From: Spiractinospora alimapuensis
GTDB taxonomy: Bacteria > Actinomycetota > Actinomycetes > Streptosporangiales > Streptosporangiaceae
Length of the DNA: 64,000 nt
Direction: 5' to 3'
NCBI RefSeq assembly: GCF_018437505.1
Contig: NZ_CP072467.1
Location: 3,494,010-3,558,009 of the forward strand
Both the position numbers and the translations under genes were made by a program. The notes under the pieces are model-generated. The model did not search any database. It saw only the letters and a program-made list of their open reading frames with translations, and was not told where the DNA came from. Positions 19,066-29,092 of the stretch are shown piece by piece; within the stretch, counting starts at the first letter, position 1, and every line of letters starts with the position of its first letter.

Positions 19066-20043
19066 TCAGGAGGGTGATTCGTAGCGCGCGGCGATCGCGG
19101 TGGCCCGTCGGCGCAGGGAGACCCGCAGCCACGAGGGGCTCAGTGCCTCGGCGTCCGTCCCGAGCTGCCACACCGCCCACTCGGCGTGACGCGCGTCTTG
19201 GAAGGTCACCTCCAGCCGGAGCCAATCGTCCCGGTCTGCCTCCTCCGCCCAGAGGGAGAGCGCGGTACTCACCAGGTCCTCCCGACGCCGCGGCTCTACT
19301 CTCACGTCCACGGTGACCTGTTCGCCGCCGGTACGGAACCCGACGCTTCGCTCTTGCCAGAGGTGGCCCAGATCCACCCGCTCTGGACGCCGTGCCGGCT
19401 CGGAGAGTGTCTCAGCGGCCGTCACGCGGGCCAGCCGATACGTCCGATCCGCTCCCGATCTGGTCGCCAACAAATAGGCGCGGTCGCGCACGGAGACCAA
19501 TCCGATGGGGTCGACGGTCCTCCAACGCGGGGGCTGGTCCACTGCCGCGTAATGGATGCGCAACCGATGGCCGTGGAGTACGGCACCGCGGACCTCAGCG
19601 AGGATCTCCTCAGGGATCTCCTCTGCCTCCAATGGCCGCGAGAGGAGGTCGGCCTCGGGGTCGACGAGGAGCCTCTCGGCTACCCCCGCCGCGACATCTC
19701 GATGGCTCCTCGGCAGCGCGTCGACCACCTTGAGCATCGCCGAAGCCAGCGCTGAGCGCAGTCCAAACGGCTGGGCGCCGCGCCGTGACCCGGCGATCAG
19801 CAAAGCGAGGGCCTCGTCGCGGTTAAGCCCGGTGAGTGCCGTCCGCAATAACCCTGGCACCAGGGCGAACCCGCCGTGTCGGCCGCGCACGGCGTACACC
19901 GGAACACCGGCCGTGGACAGCGCCTCGATGTCCCGCAGCACGGTACGGGTGGACACCTCCAACTCGCGGGCGAGCTCCGTCGCCGACAACCGCCCGCGCT
20001 GGCGTAGGAGAAGCACCAGGGAGACGAGACGATCCGCGCGCAT
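19066..20043 (-). CDS. YafY-family transcriptional regulator (HTH + WYL + WCX domains)
   Basis: N-terminal HTH_11 (LSATELARELEVSTRTVLRDIEAL), a central WYL-like region and a C-terminal WCX-like region. Divergent from the RidA gene. Confidence 0.75.
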   Translation of the reverse strand: MRADRLVSLVLLLRQRGRLSATELARELEVSTRTVLRDIEALSTAGVPVYAVRGRHGGFALVPGLLRTALTGLNRDEALALLIAGSRRGAQPFGLRSALASAMLKVVDALPRSHRDVAAGVAERLLVDPEADLLSRPLEAEEIPEEILAEVRGAVLHGHRLRIHYAAVDQPPRWRTVDPIGLVSVRDRAYLLATRSGADRTYRLARVTAAETLSEPARRPERVDLGHLWQERSVGFRTGGEQVTVDVRVEPRRREDLVSTALSLWAEEADRDDWLRLEVTFQDARHAEWAVWQLGTDAEALSPSWLRVSLRRRATAIAARYESPS

Positions 20044-20175
20044 ACGAGAAAAGTATCGCTATACACGACACAGGGTGTCGTGATTCGTTGCGAGGCTGCT
20101 CCACATGACGCCGCACGCGGCCCCTCCGGGCCGCTCGGTGTCCGTTACCCATGGATCGAAACGGAGCGAGCAACG

Positions 20176-20571
20176 ATGGAACGAACGGCGATCAACCCGG
20201 TGAAGTGGTCGTTGGAGATGGGATTCAACCAGGGTGAAATCGTCTCCGGGAGCTCCCGGACCCTGTACTGCTCCGGACAGACCGCGATGGGGCCCGACGG
20301 CACACCCCTGCACGTCGACGACATGGCGGGCCAGGTCACGCTGAGCCTGGACAACCTGGAGGCCATCCTGCACGAGGCCGACATGTCCCTGTCCAACCTC
20401 GTCCGCCTCAACGTCTACACCACGGACGTCGATCTCCTCTTCACGCACTACGGCCTCCTCGCCGCCCGCCTGGGAGCCGCCCAGGTCGCCCCCACCACCA
20501 CGATGCTCGGTGTGACCCGTCTCGCGGTAGCCGGCCAGATGGTCGAACTGGAGGGAACCACCGTGGGGTGA
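20176..20571 (+). CDS. RidA/YjgF family protein
   Basis: 131 aa with a typical RidA fold signature (…TTMLGVTRLA.GQMVELEG). ATG 20176. Confidence 0.8.
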   Translation: MERTAINPVKWSLEMGFNQGEIVSGSSRTLYCSGQTAMGPDGTPLHVDDMAGQVTLSLDNLEAILHEADMSLSNLVRLNVYTTDVDLLFTHYGLLAARLGAAQVAPTTTMLGVTRLAVAGQMVELEGTTVG

Positions 20572-20787
20572 GGTGAACGCCTATCCGGAGCTCGGTGAGT
20601 CTCCGGGCCCCGGCGGGAGGGCGGGGGAGAGCGCGCGGAACCACGGTCGGCTCTCGCCCCGCCGCTACGTCCCGCGGTCACGGCTCCAGCGCGCCCCGGC
20701 ACGGCTCCTCCATTCTGGTGCCGCACATATGACCAACCACTATCGTGAGATTGAAACGGCCTATCCCCCAATCTCACAGGACGTCCC

Positions 20788-23124
20788 ATGGATGGCGATG
20801 CCACGTCAACGAATCCTCACGCACCACTCACCATCACCCCGGAATTCGCACAAGCCCTGGAGCTGCTGCACAATGGTAGTAATATCTTTCTGACCGGCAA
20901 GGCAGGGACGGGTAAGTCCACGCTTATTCGCCGATTCTTGTCGGAATCGAATCGCAAAACGGTCATTGCCGCGCCGACTGGCATTGCCGCACTCAATGTC
21001 GATGGGTACACGATTCATCGTCTTTTCTCGTTTACGCCCGGCGTCACAGAAGACACCGTGCGAGGTGACCGTTATTATCCCGCGCGATTCGTGAAGGTAC
21101 TGCGAGAGCTCGACACACTCATCGTCGACGAGGCATCGATGGTGCGCGCGGACCTCTTCGACGCGATGGCGACAGCGCTCGAACGCTTCGGCCCGCGACC
21201 GGGCGAGCGTTTCGGCGGTGTACAACTCGTTCTCGTGGGCGACCTGTACCAACTGCCGCCCATCGTCCGCGACGTCGAGGCGACCTACATCACCGAACGC
21301 TTCGGCACACCGTACTTCTTCTCCGCCCGAGCGTTTGACCGCGAACATTTCCCGACCGTAGAGCTCAATACCGTCTTCCGTCAGCTTGGCGATACCCGCC
21401 TTGTCGAATTGCTCAACGCAGTACGAGAGGGAGCCCTGCTGGCGGACGCTCGTGTCGAGTTGAATACCCGCACCCGACCCGATTTCGAACCGGCGACGGA
21501 CGAATTCTGGCTGACTCTGGCCACCACCAACCGCATCGTCGCAAAGCGCAACTCCGAGATGCTCGAACGTCTCGATTCTTCACCGCGCACCTTCGCCGCG
21601 ACGTGCACCGGCGAAACCGACTCCTTCGAGTTCCCGACTGACAAGCGCCTCGAGATCGCCGTCGATGCCCAGGTCATGTTGTTGAACAACGATTCTTCGG
21701 GGCGCTGGGTCAACGGAAGTCTCGGACGGATCACCGCGATCCGACAGGACGACGATGAGCCGGTTGTCGACGTCCTGCTCCGCGACGGCGGCACGGTGGA
21801 GGTACGCCCGCATCGTTGGGAGATCACCCGGCCCGTCATCACGAGCGGCGGTCGCCTCGAACACGAAGTGATCGGCTCGTTCACACAGCTCCCCCTGAAG
21901 CTCGCCTGGGCCATCACCATCCACAAGAGCCAGGGGCAGACTCTCGACCGTGTCGTGGTCGACCTCACGGGCGGCACTTTCGCCAATGGGCAGCTCTACG
22001 TCGCCCTCAGCCGTTGCACGAGCTTCGAGGGCCTCGTCCTGAAGCGCGACGTGCGCCCGCGTGACTTGAAGACCGACATCGTCATCCGCCGCTTCCTCCA
22101 CGGGAGCCTCGACACGAGCCAGCCGTCCGGGCATGTGTGTCTGGCCGTGCTCACCGTTGGACACGAAGGCGACCGATACCGTCCTCGACCGGTCGAAATC
22201 GCCCTTGTCACCGACGACGGCGACGAGGCCACGACCGTCGTCAACCCCACGAGCGACCTCTACTCCGCGCAGGTTGACTACGACCTCTTCGTCGACGACG
22301 TGGCTCTGGCTCCCGTTCTCACCGAGGCGTGGGCCGCGCTCTCGCCCCTCCTGGCCGGACGCGTGCCCGTTGGCGTCGGCGTTGACGAGACTCTTGGCCA
22401 CATCGACTTCGAGCTCAAACGCAACGGCGTCGTGGAACAGATGCCGCTCGGTACCGATATCCCCGAACGGCTACTGACGGACGGCGAGCGCACCGCTCTT
22501 CGCGCCCCGAGCGCTCTGGAGCGTGCCCGGACGCTGAACGGCATCGTGCGGCGCTTGGAGGTCGACTCACCGCGTCCCGCGGCGAGCCCGAGCGGCACCC
22601 CTTTCGCCAAACATCCACGCGGACGTGGGTACCTACAAGGACGCCTGAGCGAATCGTCCAGCCCGGCCGATGTCTTCACCGTCGGCGGCCACCTCTCGGC
22701 CGAGAGTGATCCGGCCATGGAGCTCGCCGACCTCCTGCGCGACGCCTGGGAGCGCGTCGTCGACCGTGACGCGCGGATCATCGCCAGGCTGCGCGATGCC
22801 GAACGGCACTTTGGCGTGACCATCCTGCCTGATGGCGTGGAAGACCTGGCGGAAGTCTCGCTCTCGACAGTGCTGGTCCCCGGAGCACGCGTGTGCTTCA
22901 CCGGCGAGGTCGTCTCCGACCGGCACGGCGCACACGGCCGCGACGCGATGGAACGCATCGCCCGCGACAAGGGACTCGCGATCTCCAAGAACGTGACCAA
23001 GACCAAGACCGACGTGCTGGTCGTCGCGCAGCGGGGCACCCAGTCGGGCAAGGCGAAGAAAGCGGCTCAGTGGGGTAAACCCGTCATCGCCGCCGACGAC
23101 TTCCTCGACTGGGTGGCCGGGTAG
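20788..23124 (+). CDS. Pif1/RecD-like SF1B DNA helicase fused to a degenerate exonuclease-like region and a C-terminal BRCT domain
   Basis: Walker A GKAGTGKST, Walker B LIVDEASMV, motif III GDLYQLPPI and motif V/VI TIHKSQGQT are present. The C-terminus VCFTGEV…TKTKTDVLVVAQRGTQSGKAKKAAQWGKPVIAADDFLDW is a BRCT pattern. The first ~1 kb is visibly lower in GC than its surroundings. Confidence 0.7.
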   Translation: MDGDATSTNPHAPLTITPEFAQALELLHNGSNIFLTGKAGTGKSTLIRRFLSESNRKTVIAAPTGIAALNVDGYTIHRLFSFTPGVTEDTVRGDRYYPARFVKVLRELDTLIVDEASMVRADLFDAMATALERFGPRPGERFGGVQLVLVGDLYQLPPIVRDVEATYITERFGTPYFFSARAFDREHFPTVELNTVFRQLGDTRLVELLNAVREGALLADARVELNTRTRPDFEPATDEFWLTLATTNRIVAKRNSEMLERLDSSPRTFAATCTGETDSFEFPTDKRLEIAVDAQVMLLNNDSSGRWVNGSLGRITAIRQDDDEPVVDVLLRDGGTVEVRPHRWEITRPVITSGGRLEHEVIGSFTQLPLKLAWAITIHKSQGQTLDRVVVDLTGGTFANGQLYVALSRCTSFEGLVLKRDVRPRDLKTDIVIRRFLHGSLDTSQPSGHVCLAVLTVGHEGDRYRPRPVEIALVTDDGDEATTVVNPTSDLYSAQVDYDLFVDDVALAPVLTEAWAALSPLLAGRVPVGVGVDETLGHIDFELKRNGVVEQMPLGTDIPERLLTDGERTALRAPSALERARTLNGIVRRLEVDSPRPAASPSGTPFAKHPRGRGYLQGRLSESSSPADVFTVGGHLSAESDPAMELADLLRDAWERVVDRDARIIARLRDAERHFGVTILPDGVEDLAEVSLSTVLVPGARVCFTGEVVSDRHGAHGRDAMERIARDKGLAISKNVTKTKTDVLVVAQRGTQSGKAKKAAQWGKPVIAADDFLDWVAG

Positions 23125-23302
23125 CGGCTGAGCGCCGTCGACGGGTGTGATCCCGGCAAGGACAGCACTCCGTACCACCTTGCCGTCAACGGCGATGACT
23201 CGTCTGATCGGCGGCGGCGCCGATGGTCGGGTACATCGCCAGTCGGCCAGAAAACCAAGAACCCCGCCCGACCGGACGGGGTTCGTAGGCTGTGTGGTTC
23301 GG

Positions 23303-23375
23303 TGGAGCCAAGGGGATTCGAACCCCTGACCTCTGGTATGCAAAACCAGCGCTCTGCCAACTGAGCTATGGCCCC
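23303..23375 (-). tRNA. tRNA-Ala (anticodon TGC)
   Basis: The reverse complement folds as a 73-nt cloverleaf with anticodon loop TTTGCAT and the G3:U70 alanine identity pair. The 3' CCA is not fully encoded. Confidence 0.9.
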
Positions 23376-23537
23376 CGGGCATGCCGACGGCATGAGCATA
23401 CAACGAGGAGGACGGAGCCGGGACACGGGTTTTTGAACCGCGGGGGGTGGCTACCCCGCGGCCAAACGACTCCGTACAGACAAAAATGCGGCAGCCGAGC
23501 CGCGCCTGGCGCGACACGACTGTCCGCGCGGGCCACC

Positions 23538-23660
23538 TCAGTTGTCGCTGGCCGCGCCTGCCTCAGTCCACAGGTCGATCTCCGCGCGGTCGGCCTGAAT
23601 CTTGCGGTAGACAGCGAAAGCCCCGAGGGCAACCAGCACCAGGATCAGCAGTTTCTTCAC
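23538..23660 (-). CDS. DLW-39 family small membrane protein (40 aa), unlisted in ORF track
   Basis: Translation from GTG gives KKLLILVLVALGAFAVYRKIQADRAEIDLWTEAGAASDN, with the hallmark DLW motif. An RBS-like GAGG lies upstream. Confidence 0.5.
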   Translation of the reverse strand: MKKLLILVLVALGAFAVYRKIQADRAEIDLWTEAGAASDN

Positions 23661-23801
23661 GGTGTGGACCTCTTCTTAACCTCGTGTGCAGTACCACGTT
23701 TCGCCCGATCCGCCGGCAATGTATCCGGGGCGGAAACGAACGTATAACGTTACTCTCTTCGCAGCATAGCTTGTCCGTGGGACGGATCCCGGCACCCCCG
23801 G

Positions 23802-24635
23802 TCACGCGAACAGGGCACGCCTCCGTAGAGCGGTGATCGTGGGCTTCGCCGGTGTCGCGAGCTCGGCGAGTCGCTCCCAGACGGCCTCGCAGCGCGCGAC
23901 CGCGCCCGGTGACTCCTCGATCCTGCCTCCCGCGGCCGCGTCCAGATAGGCGAGGGCACTCTCGTCCCCGTCGAACTCCAGCAGGCTGAAGGGTCCGGCC
24001 GCCCCGGCGTGGGGACCGGCGGCGGTGGGGATGAGCTGGATCGTCACCCCGGGGTTCCTCTCCGCGACGGTGACCAGGTGGCGCAACTGGGTGTGGAGGA
24101 GGTCGGAGTCCCAGGCGACACGCTGCAGGGCCTCCTCCTCGAGGATGGCGTGGTAGCGCAGGCCGGTGGGATGCTCCAGGACCTCCTGGCGTTTCAGGTA
24201 GCCGGCCACCACCCGGTCCACGGCGGCCCCGTGTCGTCCCTGGGCACGGGCGAGGCACTCCGTGTACTCCGGCACCTGCAACAGGTCAGGAACGACGATC
24301 CCGGCGTAGGTCCGAATGGCCACCGCGCCCGCTTCGTTGCCCACGTAGGCCAGGGGGAGGACGTCGGCGTATTCGGTCCACCACGGACGCAGTCGCGACT
24401 CTCGGGCAAGCGTGAGGATGGCCTCCCGCTTGACGCCGGTGACCCCGTAGAGCCGCAAAAGTTCCGACACTTCCATGATCGACGGCCATTTGCGGATTCC
24501 GGACTCTATGTGGCCGAGTTTGGCGGGTGACCATTCCAGTTCCCCGGCCACGGCGTTGACCGTGAGGCCGGCACGCACCCTTTGCTTGCGCAGTTCAGTG
24601 GAGAGACGGCGACGGCGAACGGTGGGACTCGTCAT
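23802..24635 (-). CDS. XRE-family HTH regulator with C-terminal DUF5753 (Scr1-like)
   Basis: N-terminal HTH (LSTELRKQRVRAGLTVNAVAGELEWSPAKLGHIESG) plus the DUF5753 C-domain. Start set at the internal ATG 24635. Confidence 0.75.
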   Translation of the reverse strand: MTSPTVRRRRLSTELRKQRVRAGLTVNAVAGELEWSPAKLGHIESGIRKWPSIMEVSELLRLYGVTGVKREAILTLARESRLRPWWTEYADVLPLAYVGNEAGAVAIRTYAGIVVPDLLQVPEYTECLARAQGRHGAAVDRVVAGYLKRQEVLEHPTGLRYHAILEEEALQRVAWDSDLLHTQLRHLVTVAERNPGVTIQLIPTAAGPHAGAAGPFSLLEFDGDESALAYLDAAAGGRIEESPGAVARCEAVWERLAELATPAKPTITALRRRALFA

Positions 24636-24848
24636 CACTTTGTCCGCGAATTGCTCCTGACGATGTGCTTCAAGCGAAACACTCTCCCCAGCGTCTGGCA
24701 ATCCATTGCCCGAATCTGGTCACCGCGCCAATTCCACCGACCTTGGTCGCTCAAGGGTGCGCACCAGGGTACGGTGCGCATACAACTTCGGATTCTGACC
24801 GGGTGACATCGCCGTGGAATCCAACCACGTCCGTCACCACTGGAGACG

Positions 24849-25157
24849 ATGAGACACCAAACCGACGACGCCGAGAACTCAGCCGCCAACGCGGAGCGGG
24901 AGCTTCCCCCCTCTGTCCGCGGCCGCCTGATCGCCAAGCTTCGCACGGGCGTGCACGTCGAGGACGCGGCCCGCGAGCTGGGGATCAACCCCCAACGGCT
25001 GTTCTCCGCGGCCCGCATGCTGCCGTCGTTCGAAGAACAGTTGGACGCCACCCTGATGGCCGAACGCGACCCGGACCTGCCACACGGCACGGTGACCGGC
25101 TACAACAAGCGGTGTCGCTGTCCCGAGTGCCGGGCGGCGATCAACCGACGATTCTGA
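24849..25157 (+). CDS. Hypothetical small DNA-binding protein (HTH + CRCPEC zinc-ribbon-like tail)
   Basis: 102-aa ORF with GGAG 4 nt upstream of the ATG. It contains LGINPQRLFSAA (HTH-like) and HGTVTGYNKRCRCPECRAA. Confidence 0.3.
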   Translation: MRHQTDDAENSAANAERELPPSVRGRLIAKLRTGVHVEDAARELGINPQRLFSAARMLPSFEEQLDATLMAERDPDLPHGTVTGYNKRCRCPECRAAINRRF

Positions 25158-25673
25158 TCCGGGGCAACGTCACCCGCGATCCGCCGGTACCCCCGCCCTG
25201 CCGCGGGCGCGCGCCGATACGCCGGTTCCGGACCACGATTCGGATGGCCAATTCCTGACGAGTGCGACGGAACGTGCTTAGGTCGTCCGAATCGGGGGAA
25301 AACGCTCCACATGAGCGAGAGTGTCGACTGGTCCATCATGAGCGACGAGGAGTTCCTGGCGGTACTGCGCGAATTCCTGCCTGTGGACTCACCCACCGCG
25401 ATGTCCGACAGCGGAGACGACTGAGGGCGCGGAACCAAGCACCTGGAAGCTCCCCGACCCTGACCCCCGACCCACCAGACCCCGTTCCACTGACCAGGAA
25501 TGACCCCTGGCCACAAGCCCCTGCCAACCGGCTGTCCGTTCGGATCCGCCCATGGGCTGGAGCGAGGAACGCGGTCCCCTCGCGGTCGGCGGTACGGCCG
25601 TGTGCGTGTGCCCACGACCCACGGCCCGGCGTCGTGTGGCCACCTACGGCCACCGACGATCGCGGAGTGTCCG

Positions 25674-26693
25674 TTATTCGTCCTCGGTGTCGCGGGGTGG
25701 CATTCCCCCGATGGCTTCGAACGCCGCGCTGATGGCCGCGCCGTCACTGGCCACGGACAGCAGAGCGAGCAGCAGGACCCGCGCCTTCAGCGGTGCCAGG
25801 AACCCCGCACCGATGAGCCCACGGTCCAACAAGTCGCTCTCCGATCCGGGGAATCCGTAGGTGCTGCTCATGACCGAACCGCCACCGGTGCGGGAGGCCA
25901 GGACGACGGGAACCCGCGCCGCCAGCGCACCCAGCGTTTCGGCCAGGTGCGCCGGCACGTGCCCCCCGCCGAATCCCGCGACGACCAACGCGTCCAATTC
26001 CTCCGCGCCACGCAAGGAGTATCCGTCGTCGGCGAGCGTCACGGTGACCAGGCCGACGCGAGGCCAGTCCGCCGACTGGGGACGCGGCATCGCCACCCGG
26101 CGCTCCAGGCGGTTGACGATGCGGGGGTCGCCCTCCACCACATAGCCCAGCGGCCCACCGTTGGGTGACTGGAACGCCGCGGGGGACGAGCTGTGGGTCT
26201 TCAGGACCCGCCGCGCCGCGTGGATCTCGTCGTTCATCACGACCAGCGCGCCCTCGCCGCTCGCCGTGTCCGACGCGGCGACGCGGATCGACGCCAGCAG
26301 ATTGGCGGGGCCGTCCGGACCGGCGTGGGCGGGGGAGCGCATCGCCCCGGTGACGACGAGCGGCTGCGGCCCGGTGTGCCACAGGTCCAGCAGGAACGCG
26401 GTCTCCTCGAGGGTGTCGGTTCCCTGTACGACGACGGCTCCGTCGGCCCCCTCGGCCAGCCGTTCCTCGATCGCGGCCGACAGGGCCGCGAGGTCGTCCA
26501 GTCCGAGACTCGCGCTGGAGATCCGCTTGAGGTCCACCACGTCCACGGTGACGTCCGTGGCGCGGATCCCCGGAATCGCGGCGACGAGGTCGTCTCCGGT
26601 GAGCATGGGGACAACGGGTCCGCTGTCCTGCGGCCCCATGGCGATCGTGCCGCCCAGGGTGAAGACAACGACATTCTTCGAACTGGACTCCAC
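25674..26693 (-). CDS. L-asparaginase
   Basis: N-terminal TLGGTIAM motif with the catalytic Thr, then the GxxxxHGTDT-like VVVQGTDTLEETAF motif. Confidence 0.85.
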   Translation of the reverse strand: MESSSKNVVVFTLGGTIAMGPQDSGPVVPMLTGDDLVAAIPGIRATDVTVDVVDLKRISSASLGLDDLAALSAAIEERLAEGADGAVVVQGTDTLEETAFLLDLWHTGPQPLVVTGAMRSPAHAGPDGPANLLASIRVAASDTASGEGALVVMNDEIHAARRVLKTHSSSPAAFQSPNGGPLGYVVEGDPRIVNRLERRVAMPRPQSADWPRVGLVTVTLADDGYSLRGAEELDALVVAGFGGGHVPAHLAETLGALAARVPVVLASRTGGGSVMSSTYGFPGSESDLLDRGLIGAGFLAPLKARVLLLALLSVASDGAAISAAFEAIGGMPPRDTEDE

Positions 26694-26895
26694 CGGCTCA
26701 CCCTCCTCGAATCCCGCCGTTCGGCGCCGGCCACATTACCCGGATCCGGTACCGCGCCGGCCGAGGCGGAGCACGGGGGGAACACGCGTCCGGGTACGGG
26801 ACGGCACACCTGGCGGGCGGCGTCCTCCACGTTCTGGGTGGTGCGGCCGGTATCCTTGGGCCGAATCCCGCGGCGCAGAGGCAGAGCACTCGATC

Positions 26896-27909
26896 ATGAC
26901 AGACTCCACACGCAAGACGTCCCTCACCGGCATCAAGCCGACAGGTGACCCGCATCTCGGCAACCTCATCGGTGCGATCCGTCCCGGCCTGCGACTGGCG
27001 GAGTCCTACGACGCCCTGTACTTCATCGCCGACTACCACGCGCTCACCACGATCCGGGACGCCGCGGAGATCCGGAACTACACGCGTTCGGTGGCCTCGG
27101 CGTGGATCGCGGCGGGTCTGGATCCGGAGCGGATCACCATCTACCGGCAGTCGGACGTGCCGGAGACCTTCGAGCTGGCCTGGGTGCTGTCCTGCGTCAC
27201 CGCCAAGGGCCTCATGAACCGGGCCCACGCCTACAAGGCCGCGCGGGACCGCAACCTCGAGGCGGGCGACGCCGACCTCGACGCCGGCGTCAACATGGGG
27301 TTGTTCAACTATCCCGTGCTGATGGCCGCCGACATCCTGATCATGGACACCGACGTGGTTCCGGTCGGCCGGGACCAGGCGCAGCACGTGGAGTACGCGG
27401 CGGACATCGCCGGGTCCTTCAACCACGCCTTCGGTGAGACGGTGCGGGTCCCCAGCTCGGTCATCCCGAGTGAGGAGACCGGGCGCACCCTGCCGGGGAT
27501 CGACGGCCGCAAGATGAGCAAGAGCTACGGCAACACCATTCCGCTGCTGGCGCCGGAGAAGCAACTGAAGAAGCTGGTACGGCGGATCGCCACCGACAGC
27601 ACGGCGGTCGAGGAGCCCAAGGACCCGGACTCCTCCGCGGTGTTCCAACTCCTGGAGCAGTTCGCGTCCCCGGAGGTCACGGCGGACGCGCGCAAGCGGT
27701 TGGAGGCCGGCGGCACGGGGTGGGGTGACCTGAAGAACGAGCTGTTCGAGGTGCTCAACCCCCAGCTCGAGCCGATTCGCGAGCGCTACGCGGAGCTGAT
27801 GGCGCCGGGGAGCGACCTCGACGAGATCCTCGCGGCCGGTGCCGTGCAGGCCCGTGCCCGCGCGCACACCGTTCTCACCCGGGTCCGCGAGGCGACCGGC
27901 ATCGGCTGA
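26896..27909 (+). CDS. trpS: Tryptophan--tRNA ligase
   Basis: HIGH-type motif (GIKPTGDPHLGNLIGA) and KMSKS. ATG 26896 inside the longer artefactual ORF. Confidence 0.9.
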   Translation: MTDSTRKTSLTGIKPTGDPHLGNLIGAIRPGLRLAESYDALYFIADYHALTTIRDAAEIRNYTRSVASAWIAAGLDPERITIYRQSDVPETFELAWVLSCVTAKGLMNRAHAYKAARDRNLEAGDADLDAGVNMGLFNYPVLMAADILIMDTDVVPVGRDQAQHVEYAADIAGSFNHAFGETVRVPSSVIPSEETGRTLPGIDGRKMSKSYGNTIPLLAPEKQLKKLVRRIATDSTAVEEPKDPDSSAVFQLLEQFASPEVTADARKRLEAGGTGWGDLKNELFEVLNPQLEPIRERYAELMAPGSDLDEILAAGAVQARARAHTVLTRVREATGIG

Positions 27910-28115
27910 CCGCTGTCGGGGCCGCGGCCCCCTTCGGCGCGTGACCCGGCGCGCGTTCTCCGAACCGACCGCGGGGCGTCGCCTGGGCCGGCCGGTCCGC
28001 CCAGGTCACAGCGACACGGCGCACCCCTGACACCGCCGTATACTCTGCGTCGTCCCCCAATCCGTCTCATCCCGGACGGATCCCGACAACTCGCACCCCG
28101 TTGGGAGGCGGCACA

Positions 28116-29081
28116 GTGGCGCTCCTCGCTCGGATCGGGGCCTTCGCCGGCCGGTGGTTCGCGGTTCTGACCCTGCTCGGGGCGGTCATCGGGCTCCTGC
28201 TGCCCGACCAGAGCGCCCAGCTCGCGCCCCACGTCTCTCTACTGCTCGGCATCATCATGTTCGGGATGGGGCTGACACTGCGGCCGATCGACTTCGCCGT
28301 CGTCGTGAAGCACCCCAAAGCGGTGCTTCTCGGTGTCGCCGCGCAGTTCGTGGTCATGCCGCTGCTCGGGTTCGGGATCGCCCACGCTTTCGCGATGGAT
28401 CCCCTGCTGGTGGTGGGGATGATCCTCGTCGGCGCCGCCCCCGGCGGAACGGCGTCCAACGTGATCGTCTACCTGGCGCGCGGCGACGTCGCGCTCTCGG
28501 TCGCGATGACGTCCATCTCCACGCTCCTCGCTCCGCTGCTCACCCCGTTGCTGGTGCTGGCTCTGGCGGGCTCGACGCTTCCGGTGGACGCCGGCGAGCT
28601 CTTCCTGTCCATCGTGCAGATGGTCCTCGTGCCGGTGGTCGCCGGGTTGCTGCTGCGTTCCTTCGCCACCAAACTCGTCGAGAAGATCCTGCCGATTCTG
28701 CCGCTGGTCTCCGTCCTCGGCATCCTGTTGGTCGTCGCCGGCGTGGTGGGTGCGAACGCCGACGCGGTCCTCTCCGCCGGGCTGCTGGTCGCCCTGGCCG
28801 TCATCCTGCACAACGCCGGCGGGCTCGGCCTGGGCTACCTCCTCGCCTGGGTGACCGGCACGCCGGAGAGCACCCGGCGGGCGGTGAGCATCGAGGTCGG
28901 CATGCAGAACTCCGGTCTGGCGGCCGGCCTGGCGACCGCGCACTTCGCGCCGCTGGCCGCGCTGCCCGCCGCACTGTTCTCCGTGTGGCACAACTTCTCC
29001 GGTGCCCTGATCGCGACCTACTGGGCCCGCCGGGCACCTCGGTCCAGCGAGTCCCTCGAGGTCACGTCGGAGGAGTCCTAG
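28116..29081 (+). CDS. Bile acid:sodium symporter (BASS/SBF) family transporter
   Basis: ~320 aa, 8-10 TM helices, conserved …GAAPGGTASNV… motif. GTG 28116 has GGGAGG upstream. Confidence 0.8.
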   Translation: MALLARIGAFAGRWFAVLTLLGAVIGLLLPDQSAQLAPHVSLLLGIIMFGMGLTLRPIDFAVVVKHPKAVLLGVAAQFVVMPLLGFGIAHAFAMDPLLVVGMILVGAAPGGTASNVIVYLARGDVALSVAMTSISTLLAPLLTPLLVLALAGSTLPVDAGELFLSIVQMVLVPVVAGLLLRSFATKLVEKILPILPLVSVLGILLVVAGVVGANADAVLSAGLLVALAVILHNAGGLGLGYLLAWVTGTPESTRRAVSIEVGMQNSGLAAGLATAHFAPLAALPAALFSVWHNFSGALIATYWARRAPRSSESLEVTSEES

Positions 29082-29092
29082 ACCCGCTGGTG

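Noticed and set aside
23440-23463. Hairpin CCGCGGGG-N8-CCCCGCGG as a terminator
   Set aside because: It lies upstream, not downstream, of the - strand tRNA-Ala and 300 nt from the helicase stop, with no U-tract. Function is unclear.
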